Positions 46,821 through 55,525 of a stretch of 59,755 bases of DNA are shown here, piece by piece. A program made the translations under genes and the position numbers. The stretch covers positions 1-59,755 of the forward strand of contig JBBTQJ010000031.1 in NCBI GenBank assembly GCA_038065755.1. The letters run 5' to 3'. Positions within the stretch are counted from its first letter, which is position 1, and each line of letters opens with the position of its first letter. Source of the stretch: Patescibacteria group bacterium. GTDB taxonomy: Bacteria; Patescibacteriota; Minisyncoccia; Minisyncoccales; Staskawiczbacteraceae. The notes under the pieces are model-generated. The model was given only the letters and a program-made list of their open reading frames with translations, was not told the DNA's origin and did no database searches.

Positions 46821-47285
46821 ATGAAAAAATTATTGACGCTTGTTATAATCTATCAGCATCCAAAAGTTCTGCTGGGAATGAAGAAGCGGGGATTTGGCCG
46901 AGGCAGGTGGAATGGTTTTGGCGGCAAGGTTTTGCGGGGAGAAACAATAGAAGATGCGGCAAAAAGAGAAATAAAAGAAGAAGCGGAAGTAGAGCCGGTT
47001 TATTTGGCAAAATCCGGAATCATAGAGTTTGAATTTCAGGGAAATCAGGAAATTTTTGAAGTGCATATTTTTAAGTCGGAAGATTTTTTGGGAAATCCAG
47101 TTGAAACAGAAGAAATGAGACCCCGGTGGTTTCATATTGATGAGATTCCATTCAAAGAAATGTGGCCGGATGATATATACTGGATGCCGTTATTTTTAAG
47201 CGGAAAGAAATTCAAAGGCAAATTTCTTTTTAGAGAACAAGATATTATTTTAAAACAAGAGCTGTTTTTAGTGAACGAAATTTAG
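46821..47285 (+). CDS. Nudix hydrolase, MutT/MTH1-like
   Basis: I chose the ATG at 46821, since the track start at 46698 overlaps secA. The Nudix box is GGKVLRGETIEDAAKREIKEEAEV. Confidence 0.8.
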   Translation: MKKLLTLVIIYQHPKVLLGMKKRGFGRGRWNGFGGKVLRGETIEDAAKREIKEEAEVEPVYLAKSGIIEFEFQGNQEIFEVHIFKSEDFLGNPVETEEMRPRWFHIDEIPFKEMWPDDIYWMPLFLSGKKFKGKFLFREQDIILKQELFLVNEI

Positions 47286-47362
47286 TCTTTTTTATAAAAA
47301 TATATAAAAATAAGAGTAATAAAAAAAATAGTCAATACTTTTTGTCCACAACTTGAAAAAAT

Positions 47363-47863
47363 ATGAAAATTGCAATTATTTCAGATACGCATGGGAATAT
47401 AGCGAATTTTAAAAAAATCGCAAGCTGGCTGAATAAAAATAATATCAGCTTGATTTTGCATTGCGGGGATATTGGCAATCCTGAAAGTTTGAGAGAGTCG
47501 TTGGCAGATTTTGAAGGAGAGCTTTGCGGGGTTTTTGGAAATATGGACAGAGATTTTAAAATTTTGATTGCAGAATATAATAAAATTCCTAACGCCAAGA
47601 TAAGTGAAATTATTTTAGAGACAAAAATTGAAAATAAAAATATAGCAATAACTCATTTTCCAAACGAAGCCAAAGAATTAGCAAAAACCGGCAAATACGA
47701 AATTGTTTTTTACGGCCATACCCATAAGCCCTGGGAAGAAAAAATAGGGAACTGCAAAATGATAAACCCCGGCGAACTGGCTGGCCAATTTAACAAGCCA
47801 ACCTTTGCAGTATACGACACGGACACCGACGAGTCAGAGCTTAAAATTTTAGAGAAAATTTAA
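47363..47863 (+). CDS. YfcE/MJ0936-family metallophosphoesterase
   Basis: 166 aa with IISDTHGN, HCGDIG, GNMD and GHTHKP. Confidence 0.85.
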   Translation: MKIAIISDTHGNIANFKKIASWLNKNNISLILHCGDIGNPESLRESLADFEGELCGVFGNMDRDFKILIAEYNKIPNAKISEIILETKIENKNIAITHFPNEAKELAKTGKYEIVFYGHTHKPWEEKIGNCKMINPGELAGQFNKPTFAVYDTDTDESELKILEKI

Positions 47864-47914
47864 AAATTTGATAGAGAAATAAATTTGTGGTTTAATTAAA
47901 GAAAATATAAGAAT

Positions 47915-48584
47915 ATGGCAAAAAAAATTTCTAAACAGGTTAATATCTTAATTGGATCTAAAAAGATTATTTCAAGCTGTTTAAAAAGAGTTATAAAAAA
48001 TAACTCTTTTAATTATAGAACTTTTGGCGTGGACATTGAACCTCATATATCTTCTATATTGGTGGAAATTTTTAAGAAAAAAGGTCTTATAAAATCAGAA
48101 AAAGACTATGTTCTAGCCCCAGACAAAAACTATTTTTCCAGATTTTGAATTAAGATTGCCGCCATTTTTAGCTATAGAATATAAGTCGGGGAATAAAGTT
48201 AAATTGTCGGGAGGAAGATGGGTTAGTTGTAAAAATAGTAATAACGATATGGGTACTTTGAATACTTGGTTAAAGAAAATAAAAAGATTTGGAGACGAAA
48301 ATATTTATTATATTTTCGTTATTTATAAAATAAATAGCATAGATAAAAAACTCGTAGATGTGCAGATAGCCCCATTTTATAAATTTATAGGATTAAACAA
48401 GGTCGGATTACTTAGATATAGAGAAAAAGACGGAAATTTAAGGCCCAAAGATTTTGATGAGCCTTCTCCTGTTAAATCATTTAATCAATTCAAAAATTTG
48501 TTTGAAAAAACGATTATTTACCGTTCCACGAGAATAATTAAAAAACATCAGGCTATTTTAAAATCAATTAAATTTAAAAAATAG
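47915..48584 (+). pseudogene. probable PD-(D/E)xK restriction-endonuclease gene split by a 1-nt frameshift (track ORFs 47915-48148 and 48156-48584)
   Basis: The two ORFs are in different frames. The frame of ORF2 is open back to 48117 and there reads PQTKTIFPDFELRLPPFLAIEYK, which is PD-X13-E-Y-K. It converges on and overlaps the methyltransferase gene. A5 and T5 runs lie at the junction. Confidence 0.45.
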
Positions 48585-50075
48585 GGGATTGTCAAGCGGA
48601 TATACTCCTTCCTTTTCAGAAATAGTCAAATTTTTTAAATATTTAGATGTTTTACCGTTATGGTTATAAACATAGCCATTAGTGAGCCTATAGCTCACAT
48701 TTTTTATTTTATTTTCTATTATTGATTTATATTTAGGATCTATATCAATTCCTATAAAATGTCGTCCTAATCTTTTTGCAGCTGACGCCGTTGTTCCAGC
48801 CCCGATAAAAGGATCTAATACTATATCTTTTTCGTTTGTTGTCATCAATATTAATCTTTCCAACAATGGTTCAGGGAGTTGGCAAGGGTGTTCGTCTCTT
48901 CTATTTTTATGTCTTATTCTATGGATATCAGTCCAAACATCGCTCAATAATGCGCCAAGTGGATTTATTTGGCTTTTTTTTCCACCGTAATCTTTTATCA
49001 TTCCATTACAATGAGGGCATTTTTTATGCGGCGACCTGAGTTCATTAAATTTAAAACCTTTTTGGCTTTTTGTATAAAATAAGATTCCATAGTGTGCTGG
49101 AAGTAATGTTTTTCCAAGGGGTATGCTCATAGAGTCCCATGTAACCCAATGTTTAAAAAACGCAATTTTATTGAGATGATTAGCATAATAAATAAGCCAT
49201 TTAGGGATGTTGTGCACCAATATAGACCCTGTGGGTTTTGTTATTCTAACCATTTCGGTTAACCATTGTTCGCACCACTTAATATATTCTTCTTCGCTCT
49301 TTTTATCTTTGTAGTTGCCGTATTTTTTATTTAGGTTGAACGGGGGGTCTGCAAAAGTTATATCTACTGAATTATCTGGTATTTTTTTCATTATTTCTAT
49401 GGCGTCTCCACAAATAATTTGATCTATTGGTAATTCGGGGAATTTTTCGTTTTGATTAACTTTTCCTTTTTGTTCTGTATTTATACTGTTAATCACATCT
49501 ATAACAATTCCCTGTATATCAAATTTCCTGTTTTTATTTATAATTATTGGTTCAAATTTTTTATTTGCCGGCTGTAATCTGATGAAATTTCGTTCTCTGT
49601 AAAATTTTTTAAGCGTAGTCTCGCTATTATCAATAAGCGCCACAACCTTTTGTCCATTTTCTGCTGTATTTTGTTTTTTTATTAAAACAATATCTCCATT
49701 GTTTATATTTTCATCTACCATGCTGTTTCCAACCACCCTTAAAGCAAAAATTTCACCAGACTTTGGAAGTTTGTTGTCTGGCACGGCAATTGTTTCTTTT
49801 TGCTCAAACATTTCAAGCGGCTTGCCTGCAATTATTTCTCCCAAGAGGGGAATTTGAAACATTATTTGACCGATATTTAACTTAATTGATCTTGCTTTAT
49901 AATCATCTTTTTTTAAATACCCCTTTTCTATTAACGTTTCTACGTATTGATAAACTGTGGGCTTTTTTATTTTAAAATGTTTTGCCACTTCTTCATAAGA
50001 AGGGGAATAATCTTTTTCTTTAATATATTTTTTAATATAATCTAAAATTTGTTTTTGCTTAGGAGTTAATAACAT
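48564..50075 (-). CDS. fusion of a complete LexA-type repressor (wHTH + S24 autopeptidase) with a beta-class N6/N4 DNA methyltransferase
   Basis: 503 aa. Residues 1-~200 are LexA-like, with Ala83-Gly84 (EIIAGKP), Ser118 (GNSM) and Lys156 (TLKKF). Residues ~215-503 are methyltransferase-like, with DPPF at 243-246 and DPFIGAGTT near the C-terminus. Confidence 0.8.
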   Translation of the reverse strand: MLLTPKQKQILDYIKKYIKEKDYSPSYEEVAKHFKIKKPTVYQYVETLIEKGYLKKDDYKARSIKLNIGQIMFQIPLLGEIIAGKPLEMFEQKETIAVPDNKLPKSGEIFALRVVGNSMVDENINNGDIVLIKKQNTAENGQKVVALIDNSETTLKKFYRERNFIRLQPANKKFEPIIINKNRKFDIQGIVIDVINSINTEQKGKVNQNEKFPELPIDQIICGDAIEIMKKIPDNSVDITFADPPFNLNKKYGNYKDKKSEEEYIKWCEQWLTEMVRITKPTGSILVHNIPKWLIYYANHLNKIAFFKHWVTWDSMSIPLGKTLLPAHYGILFYTKSQKGFKFNELRSPHKKCPHCNGMIKDYGGKKSQINPLGALLSDVWTDIHRIRHKNRRDEHPCQLPEPLLERLILMTTNEKDIVLDPFIGAGTTASAAKRLGRHFIGIDIDPKYKSIIENKIKNVSYRLTNGYVYNHNGKTSKYLKNLTISEKEGVYPLDNPLFFKFN

Positions 50076-50208
50076 ATTGACAAGGTTTTTATTAATACTA
50101 TTATTATATTATACTAACATTTTACTAACCTTAAAAGATGTCAACCTGTGGATAACTTAAAATTAGTTGAAAAATAGAAATTGCTAACGGCGGTTTTTTG
50201 TTGCGCAG

Positions 50209-50237
50209 TTGACTATTTTTAAAAGCAGGGATATAAT
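50209..50237 (+). promoter_or_regulatory. near-consensus sigma70 promoter for secDF (TTGACT-N17-TATAAT)
   Basis: The hexamers and 17-nt spacer are read directly. The -10 ends 11 nt before the secD ATG at 50249, implying a very short leader. Confidence 0.6.
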
Positions 50238-50248
50238 AGTTTTATTAT

Positions 50249-51664
50249 ATGCAACAAAAACATTACATATTTATTGTGGTTTTAATCTTGGCGCTTTTTG
50301 CCGGGATTTTTTCATATCCTGTTTATTTTAACAAAGGGGTTGATTTTTTAAACAATAAATTTTCTTGGAACTTGCCTCATTTTTGGGACAGGCCCTATGT
50401 TTTAGGCCTTGATCTGCAGGGCGGGGTTAACCTTGTTTATCAGGCAGATTTGAGCGAAGTTCAAGATAAGGCGGGAGCAATGTCTGGATTAAGAGATGTG
50501 ATAGAAAGAAGAATAAATATATTTGGAGTGTCAGAACCCGTAGTTCAAATACGGGGAGAAAACAGATTAGTTGTTGAATTGCCCGGAGTAAAAGATGTTG
50601 AAAGCGCCATAAAAATGATAGGAGAAACGCCCTACCTTGAATTTTCAGAACAGAGAACAGAAGAAGAAACACAAAAGATTTTAGATAAAATAAACGAAGT
50701 TCAGGGGAAAACAGCAGAAGAGCTTCAAAACATACAAGACTGGCAATTGGCCTTGCAAAATCCTTATTTTAAATCAACAGAATTAACCGGAAAATATTTG
50801 ACAAAAGCCAATGTTGTTTTTGACCAAACAACTTATAAGCCCCAAATTCAGCTTAAATTTAACGACGAGGGCGCTAAAATTTTTGAAGAAATAACGGCAA
50901 GAAACATTCAAAAGCCAATAGCCATTTTTTTAGATGGAGCTTCTATTATTGATACAACCGCTGATAATAAAATAGACGGCCAAGACTTATATGCCCCTAT
51001 TGTTCAAGATAAAATTTCAGGCGGCGAGGCGGTGATTACAGGCAGTATAAACACAAAAACAGCTAACGATATTGCAAGACGGTTAAACTCGGGGGCTTTG
51101 CCCGTAAAAATAGGCCAGCCGATTTCTCAGGAAAAAGTGGGTCCTACATTAGGAGCCGTTTCTTTACAAAAATCATTTTTAGCAGGCGTATACGGGCTTT
51201 TAGCGGTAATTTTATTTATGTTAATAGTTTACAGATTGCCCGGCCTTTTAGCCTCTGTGGCTTTAATAATTTATGTTGCGTTGGTTCTTTCTTTGTTTAA
51301 ACTTGTTCCGGTTACTTTAACTTTAGCCGGAATTGGCGGAGTTATATTATCAATAGGAATGGCGGTTGACGCAAATATTCTTATTTTTGCCAGAATGAAA
51401 GAAGAAATCAAACAAGGAAAGGGAATGTCTTTGGCAATTCAAGAGGGTTTTTCGCGCGCTTGGCCGTCTATTCGCGACAGCAATTTTAATTCTCTGATTG
51501 TTTGCGCAATTTTATTTACATTTGCCACTTCTTTTATAAAAGGGTTTGCCTTAACGCTTTCTTTGGGTATTTTGGTAAGTTTGTTTTCGGCTATTTTTAT
51601 TACAAGAATTTTATTAATGGTATTCTTGGGCCCAAAATTAGAAAAATTTAAGTGGCTGTTTTGA
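50249..51664 (+). CDS. secD: protein-export membrane protein SecD
   Basis: 471 aa with LGLDLQGGVNLVYQAD and C-terminal TM bundle motifs. Confidence 0.93.
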   Translation: MQQKHYIFIVVLILALFAGIFSYPVYFNKGVDFLNNKFSWNLPHFWDRPYVLGLDLQGGVNLVYQADLSEVQDKAGAMSGLRDVIERRINIFGVSEPVVQIRGENRLVVELPGVKDVESAIKMIGETPYLEFSEQRTEEETQKILDKINEVQGKTAEELQNIQDWQLALQNPYFKSTELTGKYLTKANVVFDQTTYKPQIQLKFNDEGAKIFEEITARNIQKPIAIFLDGASIIDTTADNKIDGQDLYAPIVQDKISGGEAVITGSINTKTANDIARRLNSGALPVKIGQPISQEKVGPTLGAVSLQKSFLAGVYGLLAVILFMLIVYRLPGLLASVALIIYVALVLSLFKLVPVTLTLAGIGGVILSIGMAVDANILIFARMKEEIKQGKGMSLAIQEGFSRAWPSIRDSNFNSLIVCAILFTFATSFIKGFALTLSLGILVSLFSAIFITRILLMVFLGPKLEKFKWLF

Positions 51665-51674
51665 TCAATTATAT

Positions 51675-52586
51675 ATGAATTTTCCATTTACAAAATATTC
51701 AATTGTTTATTATGTTTTTTCCGGCATTTTAATTGCGGGAGCTGTGGCTTCATTGGTTTTGTTTGGACTGAAGTTCGGCATTGAGTTTTTGGGGGGCAGT
51801 AATATGGAGATAGAATTTTTAGAACAAAGACCCTCAAACGAAGAAATTTCAAAAACGCTTTCTCAATTTAATCTTGGCGAAATAATCATTCAGCCCACAG
51901 GAGAAAAGGGAATTCTTTTAAAATTTTCCGGAGTTGAAGAAACTGTTCACCAGCAAATTACTCAAAAGATTAACGAACTGTCAAAAGCAGAAGAAAAGAG
52001 CTTTCAATATATTGGCCCCTCTATAGGGCAAGAGCTTAAAAACAAAACAGAGATGTCTGTGGCTTTGGCCTTGCTGGCAATAACCATATATATTGCATTT
52101 GCTTTTAGAAAAGTTTCAAAGCCAGTTTCTTCATGGAAATACGGAGTCACTTCTTTGATTGCTCTTTTTCACGACATCTTAATACCTTTGGGTATTTTTT
52201 CTATTTTAGGAAAACTTTACAATGTGGAAATAACTATTCCTATTGTTGCGGCCCTGTTAACCGTGCTTGGTTTTTCGGTTCACGACACTATAATTATTTT
52301 TGACAGAATAAGGGAAAATATTTTAAGGAAAGGAATGGGCCAGTTTAGAGAAACCGTAGACAAAAGCTTAAACCAGACATTGGGCAGGTCGGTTGGCACG
52401 GTATTTACCACCATGCTTGCGCTTTTTTCTATATTCTTTTTTGGAGGCCAAACTCTTAAATATTTTTCTTTTGCTTTGATAATTGGAATAATATCTGGCG
52501 CATATTCTTCAATATTTATTGCCGCCCCTCTTTTGGTAACCTGGCTTGGTTTTGACCAAAAAAGAAGGAAAACAACTGGGGGTTGA
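51675..52586 (+). CDS. secF: protein-export membrane protein SecF
   Basis: 303 aa with GIEFLGGSNMEIEF and HDTIIIFDRIRE. Confidence 0.93.
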   Translation: MNFPFTKYSIVYYVFSGILIAGAVASLVLFGLKFGIEFLGGSNMEIEFLEQRPSNEEISKTLSQFNLGEIIIQPTGEKGILLKFSGVEETVHQQITQKINELSKAEEKSFQYIGPSIGQELKNKTEMSVALALLAITIYIAFAFRKVSKPVSSWKYGVTSLIALFHDILIPLGIFSILGKLYNVEITIPIVAALLTVLGFSVHDTIIIFDRIRENILRKGMGQFRETVDKSLNQTLGRSVGTVFTTMLALFSIFFFGGQTLKYFSFALIIGIISGAYSSIFIAAPLLVTWLGFDQKRRKTTGG

Positions 52587-52639
52587 CGCATCTTTTTTAA
52601 TATGGTAGGCTGTAATAATTAACCAACAATGCATAAAAC

Positions 52640-53668
52640 ATGAACAAATTAAATTATCCACAAATTTACACAAAACTTACAAAAGGCCTTTCTGAAAAAA
52701 CGAAAGGTATTTTTGAGCGCAGATTCGGTATAAAATCTAAAAACCCCGAAACTTTGGAAATGATCGGAAAAAGTATGGGGATTACAAGGGAAAGAGTGCG
52801 CCAAATAGAAGAGGCCGGTTTTAATTTTGTGAAAAAAAATAATAAAGAAACATTAGATGGCGTTTTTGCGGAATTCGCGGATTATTTTAAAAATAACGGA
52901 GAATTTAAAAAAGAAGAAGCTGTTTTAGAAGAACTGGGAGGAAAAAACCACAAGCCCTATGTTTTATTTTTGCTAACCTTGGGAGAGCAGTTTTCTAAAG
53001 TTTGCGAGAAAAAGGATTTTTATTATTTTTGGTCAACAATGCAAGACGCCAAAAACAAAGTAAGCCAAACATTAAAATCATTGGTTTTGGCTTTGCAAAA
53101 AATAGGCAAGCCTATATTTAAAGAAGAATTTTTAACAGAAATATCTTCAAGCCAAAATTTACCAGAGCCTGCTTTGTTTTCTTATCTTGAAGTTTCAAAA
53201 AAAATTCAAAACAACAGCGAAGGAAAAATTGGCTTGATTGACTGGCCGGAAATAAAGCCAAGGGGAGTAAAAGACAAGGCGTTTTTAGTTTTTAAAAAAC
53301 ATCAAAAGCCCTTGCATTTTACCAAGGTGGCAGAATTGATAGACCAATTGGGATGCAACGAGCCCAACAAAAAAACTTATCCGCAAACAGTTCATAATGA
53401 GCTTATTAAAGACCAAAGGTTTGTTTTGGTGGGCAGGGGAACATATGCTTTGAAAGAATGGGGATATGAGGAAGGAACCATAAAAGATGTTATCAAAAAA
53501 GTTTTAGAATCAAAAACCCAGCCGGCAAACAAAGAAGAAATTATAAAAGAAGTTTTAACCCAAAGATTAGTTGCCTCCAACACAGTGTTAATGAACCTAA
53601 ACAATAAAAAATATTTTGGAAAAGACGAACAAGGGAAATATTTTTTAAGAAAAACCCAAACAGCATAA
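52640..53668 (+). CDS. sigma-70 region-4-like HTH protein with C-terminal HARE-HTH-like domain
   Basis: 342 aa. LEMIGKSMGITRERVRQIEEAGF is sigma region 4.2-like. The C-terminal segment is FTKVAELI...VLVGRGTYALKEWG. Confidence 0.6.
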   Translation: MNKLNYPQIYTKLTKGLSEKTKGIFERRFGIKSKNPETLEMIGKSMGITRERVRQIEEAGFNFVKKNNKETLDGVFAEFADYFKNNGEFKKEEAVLEELGGKNHKPYVLFLLTLGEQFSKVCEKKDFYYFWSTMQDAKNKVSQTLKSLVLALQKIGKPIFKEEFLTEISSSQNLPEPALFSYLEVSKKIQNNSEGKIGLIDWPEIKPRGVKDKAFLVFKKHQKPLHFTKVAELIDQLGCNEPNKKTYPQTVHNELIKDQRFVLVGRGTYALKEWGYEEGTIKDVIKKVLESKTQPANKEEIIKEVLTQRLVASNTVLMNLNNKKYFGKDEQGKYFLRKTQTA

Positions 53669-53697
53669 ATTGCAGAATAATTGCAAATTAACTAAAG

Positions 53698-53727
53698 CAA
53701 AAAAATACCCGCTCGGGTATTTTTTTG
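53698..53727 (+). terminator. rho-independent terminator
   Basis: The stem is AAAAATACCC / GGGTATTTTT with a GCTC loop, followed by a T7 run. It lies 30 nt after the stop at 53668. Confidence 0.8.
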
Positions 53728-53742
53728 CTGTGTTGCGCGTTG

Positions 53743-53772
53743 TTGATTTCAAATAAATAGGGGGGTATAATA
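53743..53772 (+). promoter_or_regulatory. sigma70-type promoter (TTGATT-N18-TATAAT)
   Basis: Read directly. It is followed by the AT-rich inverted repeat and the 53866 operon. Confidence 0.5.
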
Positions 53773-53782
53773 AAGAAAGTTA

Positions 53783-53848
53783 AAAATTAAAAGTCAAAAG
53801 TTAAAAATATAATGACGCGCCAGCAATACTTTTAACTTTTAATTTTTG
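53783..53848 (+). repeat. 20-bp inverted repeat (1 mismatch) with a ~26-nt GC-containing loop in the leader of the 53866 operon
   Basis: The arms are AAAAATTAAAAGTCAAAAGT and ACTTTTAACTTTTAATTTTT. The loop contains GACGCGCCAGC. Confidence 0.6.
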
Positions 53849-53865
53849 ACTTTCAACTTGAAAAT

Positions 53866-54090
53866 ATGTCTTATTTTTATTTAGGAATTATTATTTTGTT
53901 TATTGCCACGGTTATTTATTATATAGGGATTTTCTCTTTAATTTTTTATTGGCACTTAAAAAAAATATCTTATATTATAGTTCCTCTTCTTTTTACCTTT
54001 AGATTCTTTTTTATGGGTTTTTTAATTGTATCAGCGGTTTCTCTTATATTGGAAAATTTGCCGAAATTAATAAGCTTAATGCAACGTTAA
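53866..54090 (+). CDS. small hydrophobic membrane protein
   Basis: 74 aa with two to three predicted TM stretches. It is the first gene after the promoter and inverted repeat. Confidence 0.55.
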   Translation: MSYFYLGIIILFIATVIYYIGIFSLIFYWHLKKISYIIVPLLFTFRFFFMGFLIVSAVSLILENLPKLISLMQR

Positions 54091-54098
54091 TATCTATT

Positions 54099-55508
54099 AT
54101 GGCAAAAGGCCTTCCTTCGTATTTATTTTGGCTAGACTGGGTTAAAAAAATTGTATGGGATTCTTTTTGGTGGGTAATTTTAATGCTCTTTGTTTTTTGG
54201 GTTCCTTTTTTAAGGGTGTGGTGGTGGTTTTTTGCTCCGTTTTTTCTTTCTATACAATTAAAAATTCTTTATTTATGGTGGATTGAATGGGATTACGATT
54301 ATCAAAATGCAAAATGGGCGCTTTTAGATATAGTTCCTCCCAGAGAAGTTTTAGCTCCTTTCAAAGCAATGGAAGACGTATTTTCAGCTGTTTGGCCCAT
54401 AATAGATGTGGCCAACTTTAGAGAAGCGTGGTGCGACGGCGAATTAACTAACGGCCCTTATTGGTGCTCTTGGGAAATTGCCAGCATTGAAGGAAAAATA
54501 CATTTTTATGTAAGGTGCCGAGAAGAGCATCGTCTAGTTATTGAATCCTCTCTTTATGCCCACTATCCCGACATAGAAGTTCATCAAGTGTCTGACTATA
54601 CCAAACTTGTTCCCCCAACGGTGCCCAACGAAGATTGGGATATGTATGGAGAAGATTGGGACCTGCACCGAAGCGATATTTTTCCCATAAAAACATACGA
54701 GAAGTTTTTTGAACCGCAGGGAGAAAAAATTTCAGCCGAAGAAAAAAGAATGGATCCTGTAATTGCTTTATTGGAAGGAATGTCAAGGCTTGGGCAAGGA
54801 GAACATTATTGGGTTCAGTTTATTACGGTTCCTATACAAGATCACGACGAACCAGATTGGAGGAAAGAAGGCGAGAGGGTAATTAATAAAATATCCAAGC
54901 GATCGGAAAAAAGAGAGTCAACTCTTTTTGAAGATTTAAGTTATATAGCCAAACAGGTTATTTTTGGTCCGGAAAAAGAAGGCAAGGGAGAGTCGGCGTC
55001 ATATTCTTGGGCGCCAACCCAAATAGACGAAGAAACTGGCGAGAGAGAGATGGCTATTACCCCCGGCGAAAGAGAAATTATTACCGAAATAGAAAATAAA
55101 TTAAAAAAGCCCGTTTACAGAACAACTATCAGGGGTGTTTATGTTGCAAGGCGGGAAAATTGGAAATCTCCCCATAAGGTGATTATGAGGTCTTATATGG
55201 GGCATTTTTCTACTATCAATTTAAACCATTTTAGATTTTCAGGAAAAACAAGGCCGAAAGTTCATTACCTCTGGAGAAAAAGAAGAGTTTTTCAAAGAGC
55301 CAGAAAAATGTTTAGAATGACCGTTTTAAGATTTCCTCCTTTGTTTCCCCAAAGAATGTCAGATGATTTGAATCCTATTTTAAGCACAGAAGAGATGGCA
55401 ACCCTGTTTCACTTCCCATTAAGAGTGACGGGAATGGTGACCCCGACAATGGTTAAAGTTGAGTCAAAAAAATCCGGACCTCCTCCAAATCTACCGGTTG
55501 ATGAATAA
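54099..55508 (+). CDS. membrane-anchored protein of unknown function (Trp-rich N-terminal TM hairpin plus a large soluble domain)
   Basis: 469 aa with WWVILMLFVFWVPFLRVWWWFFAPFFL. I recognise no domain. It is tightly linked to the downstream ATPase. Confidence 0.5.
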   Translation: MAKGLPSYLFWLDWVKKIVWDSFWWVILMLFVFWVPFLRVWWWFFAPFFLSIQLKILYLWWIEWDYDYQNAKWALLDIVPPREVLAPFKAMEDVFSAVWPIIDVANFREAWCDGELTNGPYWCSWEIASIEGKIHFYVRCREEHRLVIESSLYAHYPDIEVHQVSDYTKLVPPTVPNEDWDMYGEDWDLHRSDIFPIKTYEKFFEPQGEKISAEEKRMDPVIALLEGMSRLGQGEHYWVQFITVPIQDHDEPDWRKEGERVINKISKRSEKRESTLFEDLSYIAKQVIFGPEKEGKGESASYSWAPTQIDEETGEREMAITPGEREIITEIENKLKKPVYRTTIRGVYVARRENWKSPHKVIMRSYMGHFSTINLNHFRFSGKTRPKVHYLWRKRRVFQRARKMFRMTVLRFPPLFPQRMSDDLNPILSTEEMATLFHFPLRVTGMVTPTMVKVESKKSGPPPNLPVDE

Positions 55509-55525
55509 CATAATTAAATTTATTT

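Noticed and set aside
48146-48148. Reading TGA as a sense codon (code 4/25, as in some CPR lineages) to join the two small ORFs next to the methyltransferase.
   Set aside because: The two ORFs are in different frames, so recoding cannot join them. TGA also functions as a normal stop at many well-supported gene ends in this window (for example 16801-16803 and 20740-20742).
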